64,000 nucleotides of DNA from assembly GCF_000002075.1 (NCBI RefSeq), contig NW_004797799.1, forward strand, positions 299,250 through 363,249, read 5' to 3'. The notes beneath the pieces are model-generated. The model worked only from the letters and a program-made list of their open reading frames with translations. It did no database searches and was not told the origin of the DNA. A program made the position numbers and the translations under genes. Every line of letters begins with the position of its first letter. The stretch's first letter is position 1. The DNA comes from Aplysia californica. Its lineage: Eukaryota. Shown one piece after another: positions 1-12,247 of the stretch.

Positions 1-52
<52 letters not shown>
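1..52. repeat. (GT)n microsatellite
   Basis: Seen directly. Confidence 0.95.
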
Positions 53-53
<1 letters not shown>

Positions 54-1449
54 GTGGTTACCTCTTTCTAGATAATATTTAGAGGTGAGTGGTTTGCAAA
101 AACAAGTTTCTATGATGAATGCTTTGGGCGGGACATCATGATTATCAAAATCCAAATTCATTTTCTTGGCATGATGGCTAGCATCCCTGAATTTTATAGA
201 GATTCACATGTATAACGTGATTTTTTTTCAATCTGTGAAATTGATTTTGACCTTTTTAAAAAAAGGTAATATCCTTGAAGTCTCTTCAAAGTCACTCTGC
301 TCATAATAAATATATATTAGTGCCATTAATTGTGAATGAAGGAGCTTACTTTTTCCAGTGAAAACAATACTTTGTAAAAGTCTTAGTAAGAAATGACCTC
401 TCACTGATTAGTCTATGTTCCATACTGACCACTCACCCGTGAAGAAGCGGTTATGCCTAATAACCTCGGTCAGCTGCTGACCGGGCAGTCTGTAGGACCG
501 AAGTCAAGGTTGAATGACATCGATATGCTTGTTTTTCAGCAAGGCCAATTAATTTTTAGTAATTTATTATTTTTATACGCTGATGAAGATTAAGTGAGTG
601 TGCTACGGGGGAAAAAAGATGAAAAAGTGTGTTACGGTGTGCTGACTTAGAAGTATTTGGGGCTTTCAAAAGGCTCTAAAATTCTTCCCAATTTGCCGGA
701 AATCTTGCTTAGGACTACTATAAAAGTAAATGTTTGTTAGTGGAGTATGAACATGAGGAGGCCACTTTTTGGTGTGATATCAATGAGTTCTATTCGCCTT
801 GTTTAGTGCAAAGATCTAATGCGCCAAAAGTTCATTAAGGTCTTTTGGAAGGGTATGGATCAGGATTCAGTGTGTTAATTGAAAGTTATGAACTACTCAA
901 GCTTTCTCTCATTTCCAGCTAGCATTTAAATTATGGCTGTGTCATAAACGATGGACACGTGGATGTTACTGCCATACACTTTTATCGTGGGAGTATAAAG
1001 AAACAGCTTTTGATATAGAACTCTCAGGCATTGTTTCTATTATCTCAATTTCAATGTCTAGTCGACTGACTTTCCAAGTAAAAATAATCATTTCTGTCTG
1101 TCAGTTTGTCTGTCTGTCTGTTTGTCATTCTCTCCGCCTGTCTGTCATAATTGTAACAATGTTAATAGTGATAATAATTGATTACACACTAATGATTTTT
1201 GTTTCTTCGTCATTGTTGTCTTCCTCCTCTAGCGGGTGGTTGGTAGATGGCCTGGTGTGGTTTGCTCCTTCTTTCCTATCAAACATTTGTCTGCGTGCTC
1301 ATATGACCTTATGCAGCTGGAAGGGCTGTAAACCTTTTACTAAACAACACAACAAACATCTATTGTCCTGATCTTTCTTCCTTCTTTTTTATGTTTGTTA
1401 CTCTCTTGCAACACTTCAAAACTTCCTCACTTATATAACCATAAAATAT

Positions 1450-1875
1450 GTGAGGCATCGTTGTGAAATCAGGCACTTGTCAAAACAATGAAATCAAAGA
1501 AATCTGCATTTTTTCAGATTGTTTCGTAATTTTTTTCGAATTTTTGTTTTTTGGCCCTCCACCTTTTATGTCCTTTTGAAAATACATTTTTGTATGGATT
1601 TTACTGAAAAACATTGATTAAACAAGTAAATTGTCAGTTACCAAATACTCTCAAGCTTTGGAAATCACCAAACTTTGACGACCATTTTCTTGCTAATTTT
1701 ACCTCTGAAACCAGGCGACCCCCATCTCTTTCAATGCAAATGTCTCAACTTCTGCTCAAGATAGATAAGTATTTTTTTCATTGAAAGCAAGATCAATGAA
1801 CAAGCTTTAAGATGATACCAATACTTCTCATGCCCAAAAATTGACGAGCGCCTGATTCCAGCACGTTGTGCACCC
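1450..1875. mobile_element. MITE with ~35-bp imperfect TIRs and ATAT target duplication (copy 1)
   Basis: ATAT|GTGAGGCATCGTTGTGAAATCAGGCACTTGTCAA ... TTGACGAGCGCCTGATTCCAGCACGTTGTGCACCC|ATAT. Colinear with 43632-44058. Confidence 0.8.
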
Positions 1876-2011
1876 ATATTGTGCTACAAGTACTGTAAAA
1901 CTGTTACTAAAAGTAAGCTCTTTCTTTCCGCCTTTCCCCTCCTCCTCATCTTCTTCATCATCGTCTTTACTGTCACTATGAATATGATCATCTTCTTCCC
2001 ATTGCCAGCTC

Positions 2012-2223
2012 ATGAAGCGCAAGCCGATCCAGTCTCGTAGGATGCAGGAGTACCACCAGATGCGTCAGCTGACCAGTCACTCAGGGAGAGAATGGCGATG
2101 TCCGGTCCAGTCTTGTGGTCGCATCCTGCACTCGGCTCCTGGCTTCCGCTACCACAAGCAGTCACATAACCGCAAGGAAAATGAAAGCTTTACCTGTGAT
2201 ATCTGTTTTAAAACATTTAAAAG
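2012..2223 (+). CDS. HBP1: HBP1-like gene, coding exon 1: C2H2 zinc finger plus first half of a second finger
   Basis: Acceptor ttcccattgccag| at 2008/2009, ATG at 2012, donor AG|gtaaac at 2223 (phase 2). Encodes CPVQSC...HKQSH (C2H2) and CDICFKTFK. Further upstream exons may lie outside the window. Confidence 0.8.
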
Positions 2224-3588
2224 GTAAACACATCGAATGACTTCTGTAAGAACATAGTATTGCTGGGTAGTTTATTAGTATTGCTACTAATTCTTTTCTT
2301 TTTTTTCTAAGTTTATAGAAGCTTCAACGGGAATGTCTTAGTTGCTGATCATACCTTTCATTTCCTAATCAACTGCTGTAGTCTCATGAGCCAGTCTGCA
2401 TGCTTCCTGCACAATTCCAATCCCTTCAGTTTGCAGTCTTGTTACGTAGAAGTATTTTTTTTTTCTCTCAAGACCCAAAATGGATTGGAATATTGTTGAA
2501 CTTGCGTGTTTAATCAGAGACTCCAGAGAGGAAATTACTCACTGGTAGCCCCCTGTGGTTTTATGATTATGGTGTTATCTGTTTTTCCATAAGGCTTCAT
2601 TTGTTTTTCATTTTGTGTTTTCTGAAAGTCTTTGATTCAGTGTTTCCTTTCTTCATTCTTTAAAACTTCAAAGTGTTTTCAAATTTGCTTTGTTTAAAAG
2701 TCTAATGTTAATGTCTCGTTTTTATTTTTGTTAAAAAAAAACAACTAACATATTTGAATCAATGTTTATGCTGATGATTCGTACTTGCAACATTAAATGT
2801 AGGTCTATTTAAAAAAAATTATTTTCTAGTTTTTGTCTTTAGAGAATTTCGCTATGTAGAATAGGGCACTTTCATTCTACATAGTGTGCACCTCTCATTA
2901 AATATCTAAAATTGAGTTTGCAAGTCTGCTGCCATATTCGCTTTGAAGATTAAATGATGTGTCCTTGCCAGTAATTGATATGAAGTAATGTATTTCAGTT
3001 GAAGGCATATGCATCCTCCCATGCTAACAGTTAGCCAACCATCATCTCCATCTCACCACTACCATCATCATCATGCCTGTGGTAAATGATTTAGTATTTG
3101 CCATCATTCCCGTCATAACTTACGCACAAGTGACATGGTTTTACACACCTCTTATTGGTGCTGTAGAATGTCTCAGTAACTGACTCATACTTATTCTTTT
3201 TCTACATGTTGTTATTACTTGCTGTATGTTCTTGTTGTTGTCATCAACTGATCAGTGTTGTCATTTTATGTTTTGATTTACATCTTTTGCGATTATTTTG
3301 CCCACATGTCGTTATCTATGTTTTTTTTCCCATTAATGTGTTGTTGTTTTTGTTGTTATTGTTGTTGTCTTTTTTTCATTACTGTTCTTTTTGTTATAAC
3401 TCCTTTTGTCAATGTTGTCTTAGATGTTGTAAATACAAAGCAAAAAAATTGGTTGGTTAGACCTCTACTTTTTGGTCTAAGCTTTATTTGTTCTATATTT
3501 CCCTTTGACTATTTCTCTTTACGGCCAGTGACCTGGATGCTTGCTCTGTGAGCTTGATTTTTAGGGTTGTGTTGTTGGTCTACTAGTA

Positions 3589-3710
3589 TGCACTGTATAC
3601 TTTCAACGAAGTTGAGATTGTTTCAGAATGCTAACAGAATACAGATTGTAAATCACAAAGAACTTGCCGCTGAGTGGACATTTTTTTTCTATACAAACGC
3701 TGTAATTATG
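3589..3710 (+). mobile_element. 3' fragment of the same SINE
   Basis: gcactgtatactttc..gaagttgagattgtttcagaatgct...tatacaaacgct matches 12925-13055. Confidence 0.7.
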
Positions 3711-4140
3711 TGAAAATCCCATTGTGTGAAGTTATTACGTGCACGCTCCAAACACAAGGATAACTTTGTGAGAATTATATACTAGGAAAGGTTACAAAAT
3801 GTTCCTTGTCCACTCTCTATTGTGGAAAGCTAGCACGACTGCAGCACCCTGTTTACCCCCTCCCCCCATTCCCCCAAAACCCCTAAACTAACAAACAACA
3901 AAAAAGCACTCAAAAATATTTTCTTTAAGTTTCATCCTATAGTTAAATAAACAAACCAGTGTGGGTTTTCAATGATCAAATAATCAACAGTATCAACGAA
4001 CTGGTTCGCATGACCTCATTCTAATTTCCAGTTTCTACTATAGAGCAGTTTAGATCAGTCTGAATGTTGTTGAACATACCAGTTTAGCATTAAAAACAAT
4101 ATATTTAAATTTTGTAGCAGGTCTTGGCTGGCGTTTTATA

Positions 4141-4325
4141 TGGGTGGGTGTTTGGCGGGTACTCTGGTGTGTTTGCTCCTTCTTTCCTATCAAACATTTG
4201 TCGTCCTTATCTCCCCTCCTTCTTTTTTGTGTATGTTACTCTCTTGTAACACGTAATCTATTCTTTGGCACTTATATGACCTTATTGTCTTGCAAGTGCC
4301 GTAAAACTCTTACTAAGACTGAGAC
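4141..4325 (+). repeat. ~180-bp retroposon-like repeat (type A body + 3' stem-loop tail); representative copy
   Basis: Other copies: 1234-1440 (+), 17183-17357 (+), 31890-31995, 32000-32240, 37464-37637, 42472-42652, 44468-44632, 52105-52271 (all -). Tail-only pieces at 8701-8765 and 28285-28325 (-). Confidence 0.85.
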
Positions 4326-4765
4326 TAAAAGTTTTGTTTGGTTATGTCATACTAAAATAAAATGGTAGACATTTACTTGTTGAATTTCTTAAATTGTAAA
4401 TTTATTTTTTACCTTTTTAAAATGAAAGATGTGATGTTTAGCATTCCTATGGAGAAGGAGCATATATCATTTATCTGTTAATGGTGTCCCATATAAAATC
4501 ATTCAGGCCATACGCCTATTTAAGAAAGGAAGTCATTCTGTAAAATTTAAGGAAGTTTTGTAAGTTCAATAAACAACAAAGTAAAAGGTAGACCCCCCCC
4601 CAAAAAAAAACAAACCAGAGCACAATGCTTAAGTTAAAATTTAACATTTTCGTTCGTTTTTCTACCTTATTGTTATTTCTGCCTTACTTTTCTCTCAGTT
4701 TGAGATAACCATTATTTCGAAGGTGTATTTTTATTTTGCATAAAGGCAGACTTTATTATTATGTA

Positions 4766-5342
4766 CAGGATAATTAAAAAAGAATGAACCGATTTCATTA
4801 TGCAATATTTTACTAAAGAAAAGCAATAGAAAACTCAAGCTATGTTGCAAGCATTGTACACACAATCAACTCCTGCCTTACAAGTGTTCAGTGTGGCCAC
4901 CGCCAGCAGCACGGGCAACATCAGTGCGATAAAAGAACTCATCCCAGACATGTTTCAGCTTATCACGGTCCATTGAGTTGATTGGGTGCTCCATCTTGTT
5001 GAAAAACAAAGTCTTGGAAATATGGTTGCATAATTTGAAAAGCCAGTTTTGGAGTATATTAAGATAGGTTTATCCTGTAACGGTATTTCCTTCAAAGTAA
5101 CGACAACAATATCTCCTGTGACAGCTATTCAAAAGTTAAATAACTCCTCTTTCAAATTGTCACTGACTATTCCATAACGATGTTTGAGAACTGAAACAAT
5201 GCATCATAAAATTGATTCTTTCTTTTTTAATTAAAAAATTAGATAACTCCTCTTTCAAACGGTCACTGACTCATTTCTTAACGATGCTTGAGAACTGAAG
5301 AAATGCGTAATAAAATCGGTTCAATCTTTTTTAATCAACCTG
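4766..5342 (-). mobile_element. Internally deleted Tc1/mariner element with duplicated right end
   Basis: TA|CAGGATAATTAAAAAAGAATGAACCGATTT ... AAATCGGTTCAATCTTTTTTAATCAACCTG|TA. Minus-strand remnant YFEGNTVTG*TYLNILQNW...FVFQQDGAP at ~4985-5110. About 100 bp tandem duplication (5141-5240 / 5244-5340). Confidence 0.82.
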
Positions 5343-5988
5343 TATTTTGTATTTCTCATAATGATATCTCTTAAAGAATAAGACGTTTGTGGTGGTCAGT
5401 CATTGTGTTTGCCCGTTGTTTAGTTTGCATGTGGCCTGCACTGTGTACTAACTACCATATCCATGACTAATGTTGATTTGCATGAGTGTACATATGTATG
5501 TTCATCAGACTTAAGTGTGCTCAGATTCTTATTATGTTGATGTAAATCCTGAAAAGTCTAGCACAGAGAGTGAGAAATGTCTCAAACCCAGTGGTCTAAC
5601 ATTTTTGTATATGAATATGGAATATTTACTGTTATCAAGTTTCCTTTTGAAGAAAACAATTTAGTTACAAATATATTACATATGTCTTTCTGACTTAAGA
5701 TAAGGAAAAAAAACCCTTGTGTGTTTCAATTTTTTTGAAGGATCTCAGTCACCATTCGCTAATTGTAATAAATGATATATTCCATTTTCCACATCAGTAT
5801 CTCTTCTTACCTGTAGCCATGACTTTAAAAGGTGATAGGAATAAATTTACATTTTGCTCTAGCCAGTGCTTCACATACATGTATAAAACATTAAAATATT
5901 TTGACAAACTGAGCCTCATGAAGATATTTTTTATTCATTAAAAGAATCATAATATGTTCCACTGACTAGATTGAATACAACCCCCCCC

Positions 5989-5989
5989 C

Positions 5990-6045
<56 letters not shown>

Positions 6046-6068
6046 CCCCCCCCACACACACACACACA
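5989..6068. repeat. (CA)n microsatellite
   Basis: Seen directly. Confidence 0.95.
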
Positions 6069-6572
6069 TCTCCTCTAGCTTTAAACTGTCTGTTAGTAAT
6101 CCAGTGGGATTTTCATGTCCTGTTGGGTAGGCCTACAGAGTTCTCCTGTTAACTTTGTATCACTGGAACTGGACATCAACACTTTTGATATCTGAACCAT
6201 CTCTAAATGTACACATAAGGCCTTCAGTTGTCCAAATTTCAGGTCTCAAATATATTCCAGATTAAGCCCTTGTCCAAAATTCCTTTGTATGATATAGTAA
6301 TTTTATTACTGATACAAGTTACATACATCAGTTCAAAGGTTAATGTTTTTTTCACGTACATTTCCTTGCATTATAATCTATAAAGTGTATTCCTTTTAAG
6401 GCATTCACGTATATAATATGCCAGTTTGTGTTAATGTGCACAAATGCAGGGTGTTGCCTAAGTATGTACACGAGGGTGCACTTGCACTAATTAACCTATA
6501 AAGATGCTTTTAGATTCCTCAGTTCTGTTGTATTCTGTTTTACAAGGTTTGTCCAATTGTTTCTATTTTCAG

Positions 6573-6664
6573 TTCCAATGGTTTAAAGTATCATCGCAAA
6601 GGGAAGCGATGCCGAGGAGCTCTTCAGGTCTCTGCTACGCCCAGCTCATCTTACGCTGCCAGCA
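6573..6664 (+). CDS. HBP1: HBP1-like exon 2: completes second finger (SNGLKYHRKGKRC, C2HC type)
   Basis: Acceptor tattttcag|, donor A|gtatgt. Phase 2 in and phase 1 out match the neighbouring exons. Confidence 0.8.
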
Positions 6665-8076
6665 GTATGTACTTCTGTGCACGTTCGCCTTGTCCCAACC
6701 ACAGAACCATTTTATTTAGTATATATAACAAATCAGACATCAAGAAATGGACTTGTTGCAATTTACATAAGTTGTTTTTGTTTGTTTTTGAAATTCAAAA
6801 CCTAACGATGAAGATATTTAAACATTTTTATCAACTTTTTAAAGCTTTTGGAGTATCTTTTTATTTGATAAAATCAGTGATATTTTTTATTGATACTCTT
6901 TTTCCCGTATTTGTATATCTAGCTATTAAAGGAGCCATTTCACTGACTTTTTCATGGTCAAGGTTCTGATCTCAAGGTTCCTGTGATTTAGTGACTCTGC
7001 CACATGGTGAACCCTCTTTGAGATACTGGGCATTCTCTGTAGTTTGAACCTAGACGTTCCTATAAACATTGTCAATTCAATTCATTACAACTGTAATATG
7101 ATGCGAGGAGAGATTTTGTATCCAGCTCTTTGTAAAACACACTTCAAACAAACGTTTTGTGCGGGCCATTTTTGGGGGGAGATCTAGTAGAGAGATTACT
7201 TAAAAGGAAATGTTCAAACTTTTAGATAATATTGCCAAACTTGCCTGTCAAATATCACATATTGTATTTGAGTTGCTCATGAGACCATTACCCTTTAGTA
7301 GGCTGTGTTGTTTAATTTTCTTTTCCATGCCTGTCAGTTGTCTGTACTATAGATGTGTACAGCAGAGTCTTTTGATCATATACGGTTCAAAGGTTACATT
7401 TGTTGAAAGCTGTGAGTTGTTTTATATATATATATATGTAATTGCAATGCAGCTGATAGTCTGAGAAGTTCTATTGAAAAGAGTATGTATTACCAACTGT
7501 TGTTAACATTTCAAAGGAAAGCACTAAATTTGTATACAAAGACAGGAATGTCAAAATTTCATGTTGTCCTCATGGTTGGATGGACGTAGAATGCTGTGAC
7601 AGTACTAGCTACATATATATGTTGCAAGCACAGCCATTAAGTCTGAGCATTCATCATGATGTGTGTCGCAATTACTGTAAAAAATCATTTGAAATCAAAG
7701 TTGAAGAAGTCTGTCTCTGAAATACAAAAAACTACCTGTGTTGATGGGAATATAAAACATGTTGTCACGCTCTTAAGATAAATGCCTAAGTCATTTTTAG
7801 CCATTTTGAGAAAATGAGTAAAAAACCCTTTATTTTGTAACTATTGGCTGTGTGAAATGCTTGAATTTTGTACTCTCAATTGATTTTAAATTTGGATTAT
7901 TCTTTTGTCAAAGTGAACTATATTAACAAGCTGGCTCTGCTCTTCAATTCAGAACAAAAAAATCCGGACCGGCCAAAGATGACTTAGAAAATTATCTTAG
8001 GAAAGTAATGATTTGCAGTAATTTAGGACCAATTGCTTGAGTTCATCTGATTCCCGGCTTTCCTCTCTGCCTGCAG

Positions 8077-8236
8077 CATCCAGTGCCAGCATTGTCACAG
8101 GCAGCAGCAACCACTGCTCCTCCACCTCTTCCTCCTCCTCCCTCAACCACGCCCAGAAGCTGATGGAGTTGGCTGACATTGCCACAGGACCACAGAGTCC
8201 TCTACTGCAGAGTCAGTGCCCGGACAGCAGGGGAAG
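8077..8236 (+). CDS. HBP1: HBP1-like exon 3 (Ser-rich, KLMELADIATGPQSPLLQ)
   Basis: Acceptor tctgcctgcag|, donor AG|gtaagt. The motif matches human HBP1 WLTELANIATSPQSPLMQ (recalled). Confidence 0.88.
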
Positions 8237-8302
8237 GTAAGTTCACCCTCAGCGGGTCACAGACAGAAACTGATGGAGTTATGCTCTCGAGGTATTAATG
8301 TA

Positions 8303-8609
8303 NNNNNNNNNNNNNNNNNNNNNNNNNNNNNNNNNNNNNNNNNNNNNNNNNNNNNNNNNNNNNNNNNNNNNNNNNNNNNNNNNNNNNNNNNNNNNNNNNN
8401 NNNNNNNNNNNNNNNNNNNNNNNNNNNNNNNNNNNNNNNNNNNNNNNNNNNNNNNNNNNNNNNNNNNNNNNNNNNNNNNNNNNNNNNNNNNNNNNNNNNN
8501 NNNNNNNNNNNNNNNNNNNNNNNNNNNNNNNNNNNNNNNNNNNNNNNNNNNNNNNNNNNNNNNNNNNNNNNNNNNNNNNNNNNNNNNNNNNNNNNNNNNN
8601 NNNNNNNNN
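8303..8609. other. Assembly gap (others at 54573-55499 and 63189-63485)
   Basis: Runs of N. Confidence 1.
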
Positions 8610-8700
8610 CTACAGCATCCATGTGTGCTTTGCTGGTATTATTACCCAGCAGACCCTAGAACATTGGGAAAAAGTCTCAAGTTTGCAATAAGTACAGTCT
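8610..8700 (-). mobile_element. 3' fragment of the same SINE, inverted
   Basis: Reverse complement ggtctgctgggtaataat matches 45567-45586. Confidence 0.55.
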
Positions 8701-10036
8701 TTAGTTTAGTAAGGGGTTTTACGGCGCTTGCAACTGCATAAGGTCATGTGAGTGCGCGAAACACAAGTTAGTTTTATTTGCAGTTCACTGTATGCCTGGG
8801 TAGGGGTCATTAGATCTTAAAACGTTTAAAATATTTAAAATTTGGTGTAAATATATATTTTCAATCTAAAACAACTGTCATAAAATTTTTTATATACTTC
8901 AATTTCGCTCTACAATTTCCCATAAAGGCCAATGGCCTTCATAAATTCCAAAATTCTGTTGGGATCAACGACGGAAAAAATGTCTACAATTTTTTGCATT
9001 TAAAGTATTTCCTTCAGATCTGTCTGAATTCTAGACATTCGGTTAAAATGTGTCTAATGGTAAAATCTGTGTCGCATCCGACACAGAACGGCTTCTCATC
9101 TCCCTGAAGGAGGTATTTGTGTGTTAGGGCCGTGTGTCTGATGTGTAATCGAGAAAAAATGACTTCATCTCTTCTGGAGAGATCCAAAGGATTTCTCGGT
9201 CCCAGTTTGGGTTAATATTGTGGAGTTTGTTACCCGTCTGTTTTTTCCAGTGATTCTCCCACAGACTGGAAGTACAGTCTAACATGCACATAGCAAACAT
9301 GCACGTAGCGAAAATGTACATACACATAAGGAGCAGATTTTCAGGTTCCATATTTTTTTTGGAACACACACATAGTCTTTGTATTTAAAACACCTTCATG
9401 TCTTGTCACTACATCACATGCAGCTGACAACTTTAACAAGGAGCCCTTGTAGTTGTTCAGTGCCATTTTACTCTTTAAAAATATAGCTGTGTCAAAGCCA
9501 CCAGGAGTAAGGCAAACATTAGTTTGACAAGATGTTTAAAATTTCCTGTGATTTGCGTGTGTGTGATGTCCTAGGTCAACGAGAGAATAAAAAAAAAGGA
9601 GCATTGTTTGAAACAATCAGCTGTGGCTCATGGGTGGGGCATGGTGTGCAGTGATGCACAATCAGGATCAAATGCTTGTGTGTGACGGGTCCTGTCAGTT
9701 TCTTTTGTTTTGGCAAGAGTGGAGCTGATAGCCAGTAACTATACACACTCCCACGACCACTCTTATTTTTTTCCTAACAAATAAGTTAGTGGAGTCTCAT
9801 CTTGCCTCTGTTTATGTCACATTCATCCTTGAACTTTCAACCCATATCCTTGACATCCCAGGGCCACATCACAAATTTTAAAGCCAGATTGCTAATTTTT
9901 TAATTTGTTGATTATTATAGTGCAATATGCTAGTAGCTGGGTAGCCCTGACACACACACTTAAACACACAAACACACATACACATCACACTCTGCCTTGC
10001 TCCTACTTTACTCTATCTGCTATTTCTGCTACACAG

Positions 10037-10094
10037 ATTTCCCTTTGATGACTCTGAGACTTCGGCTGCCATTACCCTCAGCAGTATGGCTCAG
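10037..10094 (+). CDS. HBP1: HBP1-like exon 4 (FPFDDSETSAAITLSSMAQ, Sin3-interaction-domain-like)
   Basis: 58-nt exon, acceptor ctacacag|, donor CAG|gtaaga. Resembles the human HBP1 SID DFTPMDSSAVYVLSSMAR (recalled). Confidence 0.82.
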
Positions 10095-10164
10095 GTAAGA
10101 GAAATTTAGGCTGTGAAACATCAGTTTTCTTTATGCCTTGATAGAAAATTTTGTTACAATATGA

Positions 10165-10533
10165 CTGGCAAGATTTAGAGCGGTATAGCTACTGAAATGT
10201 GGTTTCTTGGGATACTGCTGAGAATTTGTGGAAGGAAAAGAAATCAAATGAGGTTGTACTTGAGGAAGCCCATGTGGGCCGTTTGCTGACAAAAACAGTC
10301 AGGAAAAGACGAATGCATTAAGTCTTTGAACATCTAGCTCTCTCTAGCAAAATTGAAGGCAAACAAGGGAGGGGAAAACCCAGAGCAACGTACTTGGATA
10401 GCCTAAACAGATGGGTGACAGGGAAAGATCCGGATAATGTAACTCTTTTGAGAGCACCTGAACAAAGGAATGGATGGTGAACCATCACCGCCAATGTCTG
10501 TTGCAGATCTGGCATTTGATGATGATGGTGATG
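10165..10533 (+). mobile_element. 5'-truncated RTE LINE (3' end)
   Basis: Decayed EMWFL...WKEKKSNEVVL...KIEGKQGRGKPRATYLD followed by a (GAT)n tail. Confidence 0.78.
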
Positions 10534-11686
10534 CACCTCTTACTCTTTACCTCTCTCATTTATCACTAGGCTGGGAAAGCATTCTGGCAACATTTTTTGG
10601 ACTGGTGGTGCTGAGAATTCAGTTTGTCTTGATTAGTTGAGATTTTCCTTGTACCATTGAGTTTCCATCTGGGTGGAGATGCCAGTGCTGGTGTCACATG
10701 GGGAAAAATCACACTTTAGCTCTCTTTCATTTTGTTGAGACTGTGTTTTAGGAATGCTTTGATTTTAATTTCATTGTAGTATTTCCAGTTGTCCAAAATA
10801 TAAATTATGAGCACTACAATGCAACAGTATGGCTCATGCACAAGAATGAGAAAATCACGACTTATGGTGTAGCAATTTTTAAAATTTTTCTCAGGAGTAA
10901 AATTTACTTGAGTAATGGATTCTTTGCTTGTTATATATATATTGGTTTAAGCAACGTTCACTTAAAAGTACAAAAGGATGAAATAAGCACTGTAAATATT
11001 TATTAGATCCTGTTCCTTTCAATTTTGTCACGAAAAACATACCGTGGCTCGCTCTAAGGCTGATTATGTGATGATTTAAGACTGTTACTACTGCCAAAGT
11101 GGCTAATGCATTATGTGAGGGTTTTTTCCAGGCCATCAAACTACTTGTCTTGTTAAGCCTCTGCTTGATCAGTCCTTATACCAACTGCATATTTCACAAT
11201 AGTCAATTAGTTTTCAGTGAGTTAATTTGAAATTTGGCCAGATAAAAAAAGGGTTGCTTCAGTCTACGGTAGAGATGTTAGATTAGCAATTTTGAGATTA
11301 AGTATTCAGTTCCTGACTGGGCTGAGCAAGGATGCTGTATTCTGTGGAAGGTATTTGACTGTAAAATCTGTAGTTCATGGATCCGCAAATGGGCTCTTGG
11401 CAATTGATGGGGATAGAAATATGTGAATATAATTGCTTGTGGGCATATAACTGGTTCTATTCTGTGAGGAGTGCAAAGAGACTAAGATGATCTATTGGAA
11501 TGACTTTCCTTACGGCCAGTAGTGGGTAAATGGTCATCCATTGCATTGTCATTTTTTGCGTCTTATAGAATGTATCATTAAATCGTTTGTGTGCTTAAAA
11601 CAATTTACTCAGGGGCACATACATAAATCTTCAGAATAGCACCTAGTCATCAGAATGGTTTTTATATTTTGACCTCAGACCCTTGA

Positions 11687-12015
11687 CCCTTTGGGCCCTA
11701 GCCACTGGTACACCGGTGTTGCATAAAATTGCTCGTATCCCTAGCCACCTGTACACCGGTGAGCGAGACCCTATTCCCGACCCACCCCATCTGGGGCAAA
11801 GTGCGCAAGGAGATCAGTGTTTACTATACAGAACGTTTAAAAAAAAATCATTTTAAAAATCTTTCTGAATTAGTAGTGATAATGAAGAGGACTACCTTGA
11901 GTGTCATATTGAATTTGATTTTGACGATATGAGTCAGAGTAATCTCTCAGGAGCTTAGACAGAGGGGCTCGGTAGCCTCAGGGGGTTAGGGCTCAAAGGG
12001 TTAGGGCTCAAAGGG
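11687..12015. mobile_element. piggyBac-like MITE
   Basis: TTGA|CCCTTTGGGCCCTAGCC ... GGTTAGGGCTCAAAGGG|TTAA. The right TIR is tandemly duplicated. Confidence 0.7.
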
Positions 12016-12109
12016 TTAAGGCACTGATTCTATATTTTGACCTCAAGGCACTGAGTTGGTGTTTTCCTCAGCATGCATCTTACACAGTTGCAAATTTCCC
12101 CCATTTCAG

Positions 12110-12216
12110 CGTTCAAGAGGTGTCAAGAGCTACAAAGGCACCAAAGTTCTGCATCAGCCAGGGTCAGAATTTGCTCACCGTGTGCATCCAACACCACCTG
12201 CTCAACAACAACAACA

Positions 12217-12247
<31 letters not shown>

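Noticed and set aside
467-483. Inverted repeat CGGTCAGC-T-GCTGACCG
   Set aside because: Single short hairpin, probably a repeat fragment. No second copy or supporting context.
9018-9112. Possible extra HBP1 exon (ttccttcag ... gag|gtattt)
   Set aside because: Stop codon in the required phase and no AXH similarity.
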